Part shown: in pieces, positions 37,409 through 46,929 of the stretch | Layout: each line of letters begins with the position of its first letter | Position numbering within the stretch: position 1 is the first letter of the stretch | NCBI GenBank assembly: GCA_021469345.1 | Contig: GCA_021469345.1_3049.1 | Length of the DNA stretch: 64,000 nt | Source: a phage | Reading direction: 5' to 3' (one strand) | Notes under the pieces: model-generated | What the model was told of the DNA's origin: nothing | What the model saw: only the letters and a program-made list of their open reading frames with translations | Databases searched by the model: none | Made by a program: the position numbers and the translations under genes

Positions 37409-38247
37409 TTCAATTCGTAATTCCAAGCTATCAGCGTGTTGGGGCAGTTTCTGCCCTTGATATGTTTCCAACTGATTATGAACCTCATATTGTAGTGCGT
37501 GAACACGAAGAAAAAGCTTATTATGATGCCTATGGGTCTAAAGCTAAAATTGTAACTATTCCTGATGATGTAAACGGAATTGCCGGTACTCGTAAAGCAA
37601 TTACTGATATGTATGCAGGTCAACGAATCTGGATGATTGACGATGATACTACTATTCGTATGAGTTCAATGCGAAAAAGAGATGATCGTCGTTGCGTAGA
37701 TAAAGTCAATCAATTAACCCGTGAACAATTCTACGAATTGATTCAATACGTTGAAGATGCTATGGATTGCGGGTATTATCATGGTCATGCTCGTCTACCT
37801 ATTTTTAAAATTACTTCATCTTGGGGTAATTATCGTGAAAATTCATATGGATTCACGAATACATGGTATGACCTTGGAAAACTTACGACAGAACAAATTG
37901 GGTATGGAAAAATTGATTTGTGCGAAGATATGTATGCATTTCTCAATTTAATTAATCAAGGTTATCCGCATTTGGCTTTGTTCAAATATCTGGTTGTATC
38001 TGGAAAAGCACAAGCTCCTGGCGGGTGTAGTTCAATTCGTAGTAATTCTAAACATAATAGAGCGCTTGAGCAAATCAATAGAGAGTTTCCAGAGCAAGCT
38101 CGTTGGAAAACATCGAATATTGAAAAACGAAAATCGTTGGGTGAAGAAGACGAGCCATTAAAGGTTCTTCGCATGTGTGTTTCGCGTAAAGAAAAATCAG
38201 AAGCATTTCATAAGTTTAATGCTATTCATCCAATAGCAGTTGATTAA
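37399..38247 (+). CDS. glycosyltransferase (GT-A like, DxD) at the beta-gt locus; possibly a beta-alpha glucosyltransferase as in T2/T6
   Basis: 282 aa; IWMIDDDTT acidic motif; not alignable by eye to T4 beta-gt (351 aa, MKIAIINMGNN...); locus is about 0.2 kb shorter. Confidence 0.65.
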   Translation: MEMIQFVIPSYQRVGAVSALDMFPTDYEPHIVVREHEEKAYYDAYGSKAKIVTIPDDVNGIAGTRKAITDMYAGQRIWMIDDDTTIRMSSMRKRDDRRCVDKVNQLTREQFYELIQYVEDAMDCGYYHGHARLPIFKITSSWGNYRENSYGFTNTWYDLGKLTTEQIGYGKIDLCEDMYAFLNLINQGYPHLALFKYLVVSGKAQAPGGCSSIRSNSKHNRALEQINREFPEQARWKTSNIEKRKSLGEEDEPLKVLRMCVSRKEKSEAFHKFNAIHPIAVD

Positions 38248-38302
38248 TGCCTAAATTTATTGTGTTATAATTACTCTATCTTTAACCAGTGAGGAAAATA
38301 TA

Positions 38303-38359
38303 ATGATGCCTATGGAAAAAATGAATGTCTATTGCAGATTTAAAATCCCGTTTGATTAA
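38303..38359 (+). other. 18-codon upstream ORF overlapping the uvsX start
   Basis: Strong SD GAGGAAAATATA + ATG 38303, out of frame with uvsX, ends TAA 38357-38359. Confidence 0.3.
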
Positions 38360-39506
38360 AGCTTCCACTTCTAAAATGACTGCTGAACTGACTACATCTA
38401 AATTCTTTAATGAAAAGGATGTAATCCGTACAAAAATTCCAATGCTCAATATCGCTATTTCAGGTGCGATTGACGGTGGTATGCAGTCTGGTTTAACTAT
38501 TTTCGCAGGGCCTTCTAAACACTTTAAATCAAATATGTCTTTGACTATGGTTGCGGCATATTTGAACAAATATCCTGACGCGGTTTGTCTATTCTATGAT
38601 AGTGAATTTGGTATTACTCCAGCTTATTTGCGATCCATGGGAGTTGACCCGGAACGAGTAATTCATACGCCAATTCAGTCAGTTGAACAGCTGAAAATTG
38701 ATATGGTGAACCAGCTTGAAGCTATTGAGCGCGGTGAAAAAGTCATTGTATTCATCGACTCAATCGGTAATATGGCTTCTAAGAAAGAAACTGAAGATGC
38801 CTTGAATGAAAAATCTGTGGCAGATATGACTCGTGCTAAATCACTGAAGTCATTATTCCGTATTGTTACTCCTTATTTTAGTATTAAAAACATTCCATGT
38901 GTTGCGGTTAACCACACAATTGAAACAATTGAAATGTTTAGTAAAACCGTGATGACAGGTGGTACAGGCGTAATGTATTCGGCTGATACCGTATTCATTA
39001 TCGGTAAGCGTCAGATTAAAGATGGTTCTGATCTTCAGGGGTATCAATTTGTTCTAAATGTAGAAAAATCTCGTACCGTTAAAGAAAAAAGTAAATTCTT
39101 TATTGATGTTAAATTTGATGGTGGTATCGATCCTTATTCTGGATTGTTAGATATGGCTCTAGAATTAGGATTTGTAGTAAAACCTAAAAATGGCTGGTAT
39201 GCTCGTGAATTTCTTGATGAAGAAACCGGCGAGATGATTCGCGAAGAAAAATCTTGGCGTGCAAAAGATACCAATTGCACTACATTCTGGGGTCCTTTAT
39301 TTAAGCATCAACCATTCCGAGATGCTATTAAACGTGCTTATCAGTTAGGTGCTATTGATAGTAATGAAATTGTTGAAGCTGAAGTTGATGAATTGATTAA
39401 CTCAAAAGTTGAAAAATTTAAATCTCCAGAAAGTAAAAGTAAATCAGCAGCTGATTTAGAAACTGACCTCGAGCAGTTAAGTGATATGGAAGAATTTAAT
39501 GAATAA
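38325..39506 (+). CDS. uvsX: recombinase UvsX (RecA-like)
   Basis: 393 aa; Walker A GPSKHFKS; N-terminus MSIADLKSRLIK vs remembered T4 MSDLKSRLIK. Confidence 0.95.
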   Translation: MSIADLKSRLIKASTSKMTAELTTSKFFNEKDVIRTKIPMLNIAISGAIDGGMQSGLTIFAGPSKHFKSNMSLTMVAAYLNKYPDAVCLFYDSEFGITPAYLRSMGVDPERVIHTPIQSVEQLKIDMVNQLEAIERGEKVIVFIDSIGNMASKKETEDALNEKSVADMTRAKSLKSLFRIVTPYFSIKNIPCVAVNHTIETIEMFSKTVMTGGTGVMYSADTVFIIGKRQIKDGSDLQGYQFVLNVEKSRTVKEKSKFFIDVKFDGGIDPYSGLLDMALELGFVVKPKNGWYAREFLDEETGEMIREEKSWRAKDTNCTTFWGPLFKHQPFRDAIKRAYQLGAIDSNEIVEAEVDELINSKVEKFKSPESKSKSAADLETDLEQLSDMEEFNE

Positions 39507-39843
39507 AGATGATTTAGACTTAGATCTAGAAATTATCGATGAATCCCCCTCTTCGGAGGGGGAAGAAGAAAGAAAAGAACGTCTTTTTAATGAGTCTCTT
39601 AAGATAATTAAATCTGCCATGGAAAATGTTATCCAGGAGATTGTCATTAAACTAGAAGATGGTTCTACACACATTGTGTATGTGACAAAATTAGATTGGG
39701 TTGATGGAAAAGTCGTAATGGACTTTGTTGTTCTTGACCAAGAAAGAAAAGCTGAGTTAGCTCCTCATGTAGAAAAATGTATTACAATGCAACTACAAGA
39801 TGCATTTAATAAAAGGTCAAAGAAAAAGTTTAAATTCTTTTAA
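39499..39843 (+). CDS. 40: head vertex assembly protein gp40
   Basis: 114 aa from ATG 39499 (RBS GGAAG); position between uvsX and 41. Confidence 0.7.
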   Translation: MNKDDLDLDLEIIDESPSSEGEEERKERLFNESLKIIKSAMENVIQEIVIKLEDGSTHIVYVTKLDWVDGKVVMDFVVLDQERKAELAPHVEKCITMQLQDAFNKRSKKKFKFF

Positions 39844-39852
39844 GGAGTAAGT

Positions 39853-41280
39853 GTGGTAGAAATTATTCTTTCTCATCTTATATTTGATCAAGCTTATTTT
39901 TCAAAAGTTTGGCCATATATGGATTCAGAATATTTTGAAAGTGGTCCAGCTAAAAATACGTTCAAATTAATTAAATCTCATGTTAATGAGTATCATAGCG
40001 TTCCATCTATTAATGCGTTAAATGTTGCATTAGAAAATAGTTCATTTACTGAAACAGAATATTCTGGTGTAAAAACACTTATTTCAAAACTAGCTGATTC
40101 TCCGGAAGACCACAGCTGGTTAGTAAAAGAAACAGAAAAATATGTTCAGCAAAGGGCGATGTTTAATGCTACGTCTAAAATAATCGAAATTCAAACTAAT
40201 GCTGAGCTTCCTCCGGAAAAACGAAATAAGAAAATGCCGGATGTTGGTGCTATTCCTGACATTATGCGTCAAGCATTATCAATTTCATTTGATAGCTACG
40301 TTGGTCATGATTGGATGGATGACTACGAAGCACGTTGGCTATCTTATATGAATAAAGCTCGTAAGGTTCCATTTAAACTCAGAATTCTAAACAAAATTAC
40401 TAAAGGCGGAGCTGAGACTGGAACGCTGAACGTTTTAATGGCTGGCGTTAACGTTGGTAAATCATTAGGACTTTGTTCATTAGCAGCAGATTATTTGCAG
40501 CTTGGTCATAACGTTCTTTATATCTCCATGGAAATGGCAGAAGAAGTCTGTGCTAAGCGTATTGACGCTAATATGCTTGATGTTTCTCTTGATGACATTG
40601 ATGATGGACATATTTCTTACGCTGAGTATAAAGGAAAAATGGAAAAATGGCGTGAGAAATCTACTCTCGGTCGTTTAATTGTTAAACAGTATCCTACTGG
40701 TGGAGCAGATGCTAATACATTTCGATCACTTTTAAACGAATTGAAGCTCAAAAAGAATTTTGTTCCAACAATCATTATTGTCGACTATCTAGGTATTTGT
40801 AAATCTTGCCGCATTAGAGTTTATTCAGAAAATAGTTACACAACTGTTAAAGCTATTGCAGAGGAATTGCGGGCTCTGGCTGTTGAAACCGAAACTGTTC
40901 TTTGGACTGCAGCGCAGGTTGGTAAACAAGCTTGGGATTCTTCCGATGTTAACATGAGCGATATTGCAGAATCTGCCGGTCTTCCAGCGACAGCCGATTT
41001 TATGCTTGCGGTCATTGAAACCGAGGAGCTAGCAGCTGCTGAACAACAACTCATTAAGCAAATCAAATCACGATATGGTGATAAGAACAAATGGAATAAG
41101 TTTTTGATGGGTGTTCAAAAAGGAAATCAGAAATGGGTAGAAATTGAACAAGATTCTACTCCAACTGGAGTGAGTGAAGTAGCAGGTTCACAACAGATTC
41201 AGGCTGAGCAGAATCGCTATCAAAGAAACGAATCGACTCGAGCTCAGTTAGATGCTTTGGCAAATGAATTAAAATTTTAG
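39853..41280 (+). CDS. 41: replicative DNA helicase gp41 (DnaB-like)
   Basis: 475 aa, GTG start after RBS TAAGGAG; Walker A GVNVGKS. Confidence 0.95.
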   Translation: MVEIILSHLIFDQAYFSKVWPYMDSEYFESGPAKNTFKLIKSHVNEYHSVPSINALNVALENSSFTETEYSGVKTLISKLADSPEDHSWLVKETEKYVQQRAMFNATSKIIEIQTNAELPPEKRNKKMPDVGAIPDIMRQALSISFDSYVGHDWMDDYEARWLSYMNKARKVPFKLRILNKITKGGAETGTLNVLMAGVNVGKSLGLCSLAADYLQLGHNVLYISMEMAEEVCAKRIDANMLDVSLDDIDDGHISYAEYKGKMEKWREKSTLGRLIVKQYPTGGADANTFRSLLNELKLKKNFVPTIIIVDYLGICKSCRIRVYSENSYTTVKAIAEELRALAVETETVLWTAAQVGKQAWDSSDVNMSDIAESAGLPATADFMLAVIETEELAAAEQQLIKQIKSRYGDKNKWNKFLMGVQKGNQKWVEIEQDSTPTGVSEVAGSQQIQAEQNRYQRNESTRAQLDALANELKF

Positions 41281-41309
41281 TTTACAAGCTGACGAGACTA
41301 TGGTATAGT
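41280..41309 (+). promoter_or_regulatory. early promoter (GTTTAC-N18-TGGTATAGT)
   Basis: GTTTAC 41280-41285 overlapping gene 41 stop; TATAGT 41304-41309. Confidence 0.55.
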
Positions 41310-41338
41310 AGTCTTGTTGGTTAAATGAGGAGATTTTT

Positions 41339-41521
41339 ATGGAATTGGTAAAGGTAGTTTTTATGGGGTGGTTTAAGAATGAAAGCATGTTTACTAAAGA
41401 AATCACAATGATGAAAGATGACGTTCAATGGGCTACTACTCAATATGCTGAAGTTAATAAAGCATTAGTTAAAGCTTTCATTGATGACAAGAAAGTATGT
41501 GAAGTGGATTGCCGAGGATAA
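41339..41521 (+). CDS. dmd: Dmd antitoxin (inhibitor of RnlA/LsoA RNase toxins)
   Basis: 60 aa; size and position immediately after gene 41. Confidence 0.8.
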   Translation: MELVKVVFMGWFKNESMFTKEITMMKDDVQWATTQYAEVNKALVKAFIDDKKVCEVDCRG

Positions 41522-41522
41522 T

Positions 41523-41780
41523 ATGCATATTGTTTTATTTAAACCTACACCGTATAACATCAGGAAAAATACTCAATTCAAAGCACTTATTGCAGATACG
41601 TGGGAATTGGTGTTAGATATTCCACCAGAAGAAAGTCCTCCATCTGGTCGAGTGGAATTTATTAAGTTTGCTGTACGTCCTACGAAACGACAGATTCGTC
41701 AGTGTAAAAGGTATTTTCGTAAGATCGTTAAGCTAGAGAAACAGTTTGTAACATGTGATTACGCAAAAGTTTTAAAATAA
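41523..41780 (+). CDS. small basic protein at the 61.4 position (TifA-like, putative RNA-binding toxin-antitoxin inhibitor)
   Basis: 85 aa from ATG 41523; Lys/Arg-rich; adjacent to dmd. Confidence 0.55.
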   Translation: MHIVLFKPTPYNIRKNTQFKALIADTWELVLDIPPEESPPSGRVEFIKFAVRPTKRQIRQCKRYFRKIVKLEKQFVTCDYAKVLK

Positions 41781-41782
41781 CT

Positions 41783-41812
41783 GTTTACTTTTATTGGAAA
41801 TTGAGATACTAT
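41783..41812 (+). promoter_or_regulatory. early promoter (GTTTAC-N18-TACTAT)
   Basis: GTTTAC 41783-41788, TACTAT 41807-41812. Confidence 0.5.
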
Positions 41813-41841
41813 ATAAACATAAACTACTGAGGAGATTAATC

Positions 41842-42135
41842 ATGAAAAAATTTATCTTTGCTACAATTTTTGCTTTGGCTTCTTGTGCTGCTCAGCCTGC
41901 TATGGCAGGTTATGATAAAGATTTGTGCGAATGGTCTATGACTGCGGATCAGACTGAGGTTGAAACTCAAATTGAAGCAGATATTATGAATATCGTTGAG
42001 CGCGATCGTCCTGAAATGAAAGCTGAAGTGCAAAAACAACTTAAGTCTGGTGGTGTAATGCAGTATAATTATGTTCTGTATTGCGATAAAAACTTTAATA
42101 ACAAAAATATCGTAACCGAAATCACAGGTGAATAA
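41842..42135 (+). CDS. sp: Spackle periplasmic protein (superinfection exclusion)
   Basis: 97 aa from ATG 41842 (RBS GAGGAG); signal peptide MKKFIFATIFALASCAAQPAMA. Confidence 0.8.
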   Translation: MKKFIFATIFALASCAAQPAMAGYDKDLCEWSMTADQTEVETQIEADIMNIVERDRPEMKAEVQKQLKSGGVMQYNYVLYCDKNFNNKNIVTEITGE

Positions 42136-42136
42136 T

Positions 42137-42769
42137 ATGATTTATTATATGCACAAAAATCCACCGTTTAAATACGGTAAATTTCCTGATGCACAATGTT
42201 ATAATATAACGCCTGATGAAAATAACCGTGGATATCTTATTGGCACAATTTTTGTAATTGTTAAAGATAACGAAATCGTTGCCTGGGCAGATTTTAAAGG
42301 TACAACACATGATGTTAATCCGGTGCCTTTCACATATTACAATATAATGGATTTGGCATATGATTATAATTGGTTTAATCATGACAATTTAGTTCATATT
42401 GAAGGCGTAGGATTTGACATCTCTTATTCTAGTTATTCGTTGTGCCCTATGAGCCGAGCTTATAAAGAGCCTGAATATTTTTCATTTCGTCGGCGTGTAG
42501 ACTTTAAACGCAGTACAGAGTATGTCGGTGGAATCTTTGTTAAAGATAATCGAATTACTCGCATTATTTATCCTTTGGGCTTTGGTCAAAAAGATATTGA
42601 TGTTGATTTAGACTTTACTGAAAACAGCATTAATCATATTGCTTCTGTGTATTTTGATATTGATCACAAAATTGTAATATGTGGATATGAATTACCATCC
42701 GAAAAACAGTCTAAAGTAAATGTTTCTATTGATGACCAAATTTTTAATGCTTTTATGAATAGAGGTTAA
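42137..42769 (+). CDS. hypothetical protein at the 61.2 position (AdfA-like, reported anti-DarTG factor)
   Basis: 210 aa from ATG 42137; positional correspondence only. Confidence 0.55.
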   Translation: MIYYMHKNPPFKYGKFPDAQCYNITPDENNRGYLIGTIFVIVKDNEIVAWADFKGTTHDVNPVPFTYYNIMDLAYDYNWFNHDNLVHIEGVGFDISYSSYSLCPMSRAYKEPEYFSFRRRVDFKRSTEYVGGIFVKDNRITRIIYPLGFGQKDIDVDLDFTENSINHIASVYFDIDHKIVICGYELPSEKQSKVNVSIDDQIFNAFMNRG

Positions 42770-42770
42770 T

Positions 42771-42935
42771 ATGAAAACATTTAAAGAATTTATCAAAGAA
42801 GATATGGTCGCTGGAGATTCAGGTGGTAATCCTGAAAATATCTCTACTGGAACAACATCAGGTGCTGTAGTAAATAAAGGTCCTGAACAGATTCCTAAAA
42901 AGAAAAAAGAGGAATCTAAAGAAAAAGAAGAGTAA
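42771..42935 (+). CDS. hypothetical small Lys/Glu-rich protein (61.1 position)
   Basis: 54 aa from ATG 42771. Confidence 0.4.
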   Translation: MKTFKEFIKEDMVAGDSGGNPENISTGTTSGAVVNKGPEQIPKKKKEESKEKEE

Positions 42936-42937
42936 AA

Positions 42938-43966
42938 ATGTCATCAATACCTTGGATTGATAATGAGTTTGCATACCGTGCATTAGCTCATTTACCTAAA
43001 TTCACACAAGTAAATAATAGTTCAACTTTTAAATTGCGGTTTAGATGCCCAGTGTGTGGAGATTCAAAAACCGACCAAAATAAAGCCCGTGGATGGTATT
43101 ATGGTGATAATAATGAAGGAAATATTCATTGTTATAACTGTAACTATCATGCACCAATCGGAATATATTTAAAGGAGTTTGAACCTGATTTATATCGTGA
43201 GTATATCTTTGAAATAAGAAAAGAAAAAGGTAAAAGTCGTCCAGTAGAAAAACCTAAAGAACTTCCTAAACAACCTGAGAAGAAAATAATTAAATCTCTT
43301 CCGTCATGTGTTCGATTAGATAAACTGGCGGAAGACCATGCAATTATAAAATATATAAAAGCTCGTTGTATTCCAAAGGATAAATGGAAATATCTTTGGT
43401 TTACAACTGAATGGCCTAAATTAGTTAATAGCATAGCACCGGGAACATATAAAAAGGAAATACCTGAGCCTCGTCTTGTTATTCCAATTTATAATGCTAA
43501 TGGAAAAGCTGAGTCTTTTCAAGGACGTGCATTAAAGAAAGATGCTCCTCAAAAATATATCACCATCAAAGCTTATCCTGAGGCAACAAAAATCTATGGA
43601 GTCGAACGAGTTAAAGATGGTGATGTATATGTTCTAGAAGGACCTATAGATTCACTTTTTATTGAAAATGGTATAGCTATTACGGGCGGTCAATTAGACC
43701 TAGAAGTTGTTCCATTTAAAGATAGACGTGTGTGGGTTTTAGATAATGAACCTCGTCATCCTGACACTATTAAGCGAATGACTAAATTAGTTGATGCAGG
43801 AGAAAGGGTTATGTTTTGGGATAAATCTCCCTGGAAATCAAAAGATGTTAATGATATGATTAGAAAGGAAGGTGCAACCCCTGAACAAATTATGGAATAT
43901 ATGAAAAATAATATTGCCCAGGGGTTAATGGCTAAAATGCGGTTATCTAAATATGCTAAGATTTAA
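42938..43966 (+). CDS. 61: DNA primase gp61
   Basis: 342 aa; N-terminal zinc ribbon CPVCGDS...CYNC; TOPRIM-like core. Confidence 0.95.
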   Translation: MSSIPWIDNEFAYRALAHLPKFTQVNNSSTFKLRFRCPVCGDSKTDQNKARGWYYGDNNEGNIHCYNCNYHAPIGIYLKEFEPDLYREYIFEIRKEKGKSRPVEKPKELPKQPEKKIIKSLPSCVRLDKLAEDHAIIKYIKARCIPKDKWKYLWFTTEWPKLVNSIAPGTYKKEIPEPRLVIPIYNANGKAESFQGRALKKDAPQKYITIKAYPEATKIYGVERVKDGDVYVLEGPIDSLFIENGIAITGGQLDLEVVPFKDRRVWVLDNEPRHPDTIKRMTKLVDAGERVMFWDKSPWKSKDVNDMIRKEGATPEQIMEYMKNNIAQGLMAKMRLSKYAKI

Positions 43967-44163
43967 ATTAACCCAACTAAAGCAAATGCTAAATCTACAA
44001 ATGTATCAAGAGTAACTACTGGAATACTAACGCCATGAGCAATAGCAACTGGCGATAAAACAAAATTCCAAAGTAAAATTCCTACCATAGCAGAAATAGT
44101 AAAAGCTATACGCTTTTTATTACCTTTGATGGCATTAACAAGTGCCATTAATTTTTGTACCAT
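43963..44163 (-). CDS. small membrane protein, only minus-strand gene in the window
   Basis: 66 aa; minus-strand RBS AAAGGAGG 4 nt before ATG; two hydrophobic segments; stop overlaps gene 61 stop convergently. Confidence 0.5.
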   Translation of the reverse strand: MVQKLMALVNAIKGNKKRIAFTISAMVGILLWNFVLSPVAIAHGVSIPVVTLDTFVDLAFALVGLI

Positions 44164-44265
44164 ATGTCCTCCTTTAAATTAATATTTATCGCAAAACGTG
44201 TTAGTATTACTATCAAATACATATGATGAAGAATTGTATAATTCGTTTTTTGCTGCAATAAATGA

Positions 44266-45054
<789 letters not shown>

Positions 45055-45114
45055 TTGCTTACATACTCAAATGATATAATTATTTAACTTATTAATGAAT
45101 TGAAAGGAAAACTA

Positions 45115-45633
45115 ATGGCTCACTTTAATGAATGTGCTCATTTGATCAAAGGTGTTGATAAAGCAAATCGTGCATATGCTGAGAATATTATGCACAATAT
45201 TGACCCACTGCAGGTTATGCTTGATATGCAGCGGCATTTACAGATTCGTTTGGCTAATGATAAACCAGAAACAAATCGTCATCCCGATTCACTTGAAACT
45301 GCAGGAGAAGTTCTTGCTTGGCTGCGAAACCAAGACGATTATATCGCAGACGAAACTCGCGAGTTATATACTTCTCTTGGCGGTATGAGTAATGGCGAAA
45401 AAGAAGCTTCTGCTGTATGGAAACCTTGGAAGAAACGTTATTCTGAAATGCAATCCAAGAAAATTCAAGATTTATCTCCTGAAGATCAGCTTGAAATTAA
45501 ATTTGAACTGATTGACCAATTTCACTTTTTCATGAATAAATTTATTGCTCTTGGAATGTCAGCTGAAGAAATCTTTAAACTTTATTATCTGAAAAATGCC
45601 GAGAACTTTGCTCGTCAGGACCGAGGTTATTAA
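45115..45633 (+). CDS. 56: dCTP pyrophosphatase gp56
   Basis: 172 aa from ATG 45115 (RBS AAAGGA); MAHFNECAHLIKG... Confidence 0.85.
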   Translation: MAHFNECAHLIKGVDKANRAYAENIMHNIDPLQVMLDMQRHLQIRLANDKPETNRHPDSLETAGEVLAWLRNQDDYIADETRELYTSLGGMSNGEKEASAVWKPWKKRYSEMQSKKIQDLSPEDQLEIKFELIDQFHFFMNKFIALGMSAEEIFKLYYLKNAENFARQDRGY

Positions 45634-45833
45634 TGGCTCGTTTAAATAAACGCCAGCTCAAGAAAGCCCATAAGAAACGTATTGACCAGCTATTTAAAGA
45701 TTATAACAAGGAGCTCGTATGTGAGCTCTTATCTAATCAGCTTCGTATGGTTGATTGGATTGTAGAAAAAGGTCCTGACGAAATTTTTGTCAGTGAAGAA
45801 GCCTTAAAATTAATTATAGAGCATTCAAAATGA
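45633..45833 (+). CDS. hypothetical small basic protein
   Basis: 66-aa ORF, TAATG overlap with gene 56. Confidence 0.5.
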   Translation: MARLNKRQLKKAHKKRIDQLFKDYNKELVCELLSNQLRMVDWIVEKGPDEIFVSEEALKLIIEHSK

Positions 45834-46003
45834 AAATATCCAAAGAAGAATTTATTAGACGTCAAAAAGCTTTAATTAATTTACATGAGTGGTATGCTTA
45901 TCAACTTAAAGTAGATAGCTCTAACATAAATGCTGTAATGGCTTTATATAAACAAATTCAAGATGAGCATGAATTCCTGGCACAAGTTTTCATTGAAGAT
46001 TGA
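45830..46003 (+). CDS. hypothetical small protein (57 aa)
   Basis: ATG 45830 with ATGA overlap. Confidence 0.4.
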   Translation: MKISKEEFIRRQKALINLHEWYAYQLKVDSSNINAVMALYKQIQDEHEFLAQVFIED

Positions 46004-46011
46004 TATAAATA
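46004..46011 (+). promoter_or_regulatory. late promoter core TATAAATA upstream of soc
   Basis: Exact TATAAATA about 30 nt upstream of soc ATG. Confidence 0.55.
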
Positions 46012-46042
46012 CACCTGTAATTAAACAATAAAGGAGTTTATT

Positions 46043-46279
46043 ATGGGTGGTTTCGTTAATATAAAGACCTTTACTCATCCAGCAGGTGAAGGCAAAGAAG
46101 TTAAAGGTATGGAAGTTTCTGTTCCGTTTGAAATCTATTCTAACGAGCATCGTATTGCAGATTCTCATTATCAGACCTTTCCTTCTGAAAAGGCAGCATA
46201 TTCTACTGTAGTTTCTGATGCAGCTGACTGGAAAACTAAGAATGCTGCAATGTTTACGCCTACAGCAATAGGTGGTTAA
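46043..46279 (+). CDS. soc: small outer capsid protein Soc
   Basis: 78 aa; YQTFPSEKAAYSTV shared with remembered T4 Soc; RBS AAGGAG; late promoter upstream. Confidence 0.75.
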   Translation: MGGFVNIKTFTHPAGEGKEVKGMEVSVPFEIYSNEHRIADSHYQTFPSEKAAYSTVVSDAADWKTKNAAMFTPTAIGG

Positions 46280-46287
46280 TAATTCAA

Positions 46288-46311
46288 GGACTCCTTCGGG
46301 AGTCCTTTTTT
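46288..46311 (+). terminator. intrinsic terminator
   Basis: GGACTCC-TTCG-GGAGTCC then TTTTTT. Confidence 0.7.
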
Positions 46312-46320
46312 CATTTTATG

Positions 46321-46350
46321 GTTTACATATCAAAATGAGTATGGTATAAT
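46321..46350 (+). promoter_or_regulatory. early promoter (GTTTAC-N18-TGGTATAAT)
   Basis: GTTTAC 46321-46326; TATAAT 46345-46350. Confidence 0.6.
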
Positions 46351-46376
46351 AGAATTATCTTATAGAGGAGAGCACT

Positions 46377-46583
46377 ATGTTAAATCGTTGGATTAAACCG
46401 AATGAAGATTTAGATATTATCATTTCACGACATGTAATGAAGAAATATGAACTACAACCATGGTCTACAGAAGTTGTTGTGCATTCATTTATGATGTACG
46501 CAGATGGTTCTGTCGAATTTAATGCAGAGATTCGATATGATTATGGTGAAAAGCAAGTCGAATTCAAAAGAGGCTTTTTGTGA
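46377..46583 (+). CDS. hypothetical small protein
   Basis: 68 aa, RBS AGAGGAGAG. Confidence 0.5.
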   Translation: MLNRWIKPNEDLDIIISRHVMKKYELQPWSTEVVVHSFMMYADGSVEFNAEIRYDYGEKQVEFKRGFL

Positions 46584-46921
46584 TGTTTATCTTTAATTGG
46601 TTTAAAAGTTTCTTTACGGATTTTTTCTCTACAGTTCCTGGGGAAGGTGTAGTTCCTATTTCAAATGACTACCTTCCTTTAACTGTAGTTGAGTATGTTT
46701 ATATGGGAGATGGAACAGTAGAAGCAGTTACTATGACTTATGAAGAAGCCCAGGAATATTATAAAAATCCTTGGCGCTGGTCAACACCTACATCATCTAA
46801 TACGCAGAATACACAGTCTAGTTCTGATTCATATGATACTAATGTTCCTGTTCATGTATGGACTGGCGATTCATGTGGAAGTTCTTGTGATTCTAGTTGT
46901 TCATCTACATCTTGTGATTGA
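46580..46921 (+). CDS. hypothetical protein with Ser/Cys-rich C-terminal tail
   Basis: 113 aa; C-terminus [18 protein letters not shown]. Confidence 0.5.
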   Translation: MMFIFNWFKSFFTDFFSTVPGEGVVPISNDYLPLTVVEYVYMGDGTVEAVTMTYEEAQEYYKNPWRWSTPTSSNTQNTQSSSDSYDTNVPVHVWTGDSCGSSCDSSCSSTSCD

Positions 46922-46929
46922 GGAAAATT

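Noticed and set aside
39541-39560. Strong CCCCCTC-TTCG-GAGGGGG hairpin as a terminator
   Set aside because: It lies inside the gene 40 coding sequence (encoding ESPSSEGEE) and has no downstream U tract. It may be an RNA structure or processing site, but not a terminator.
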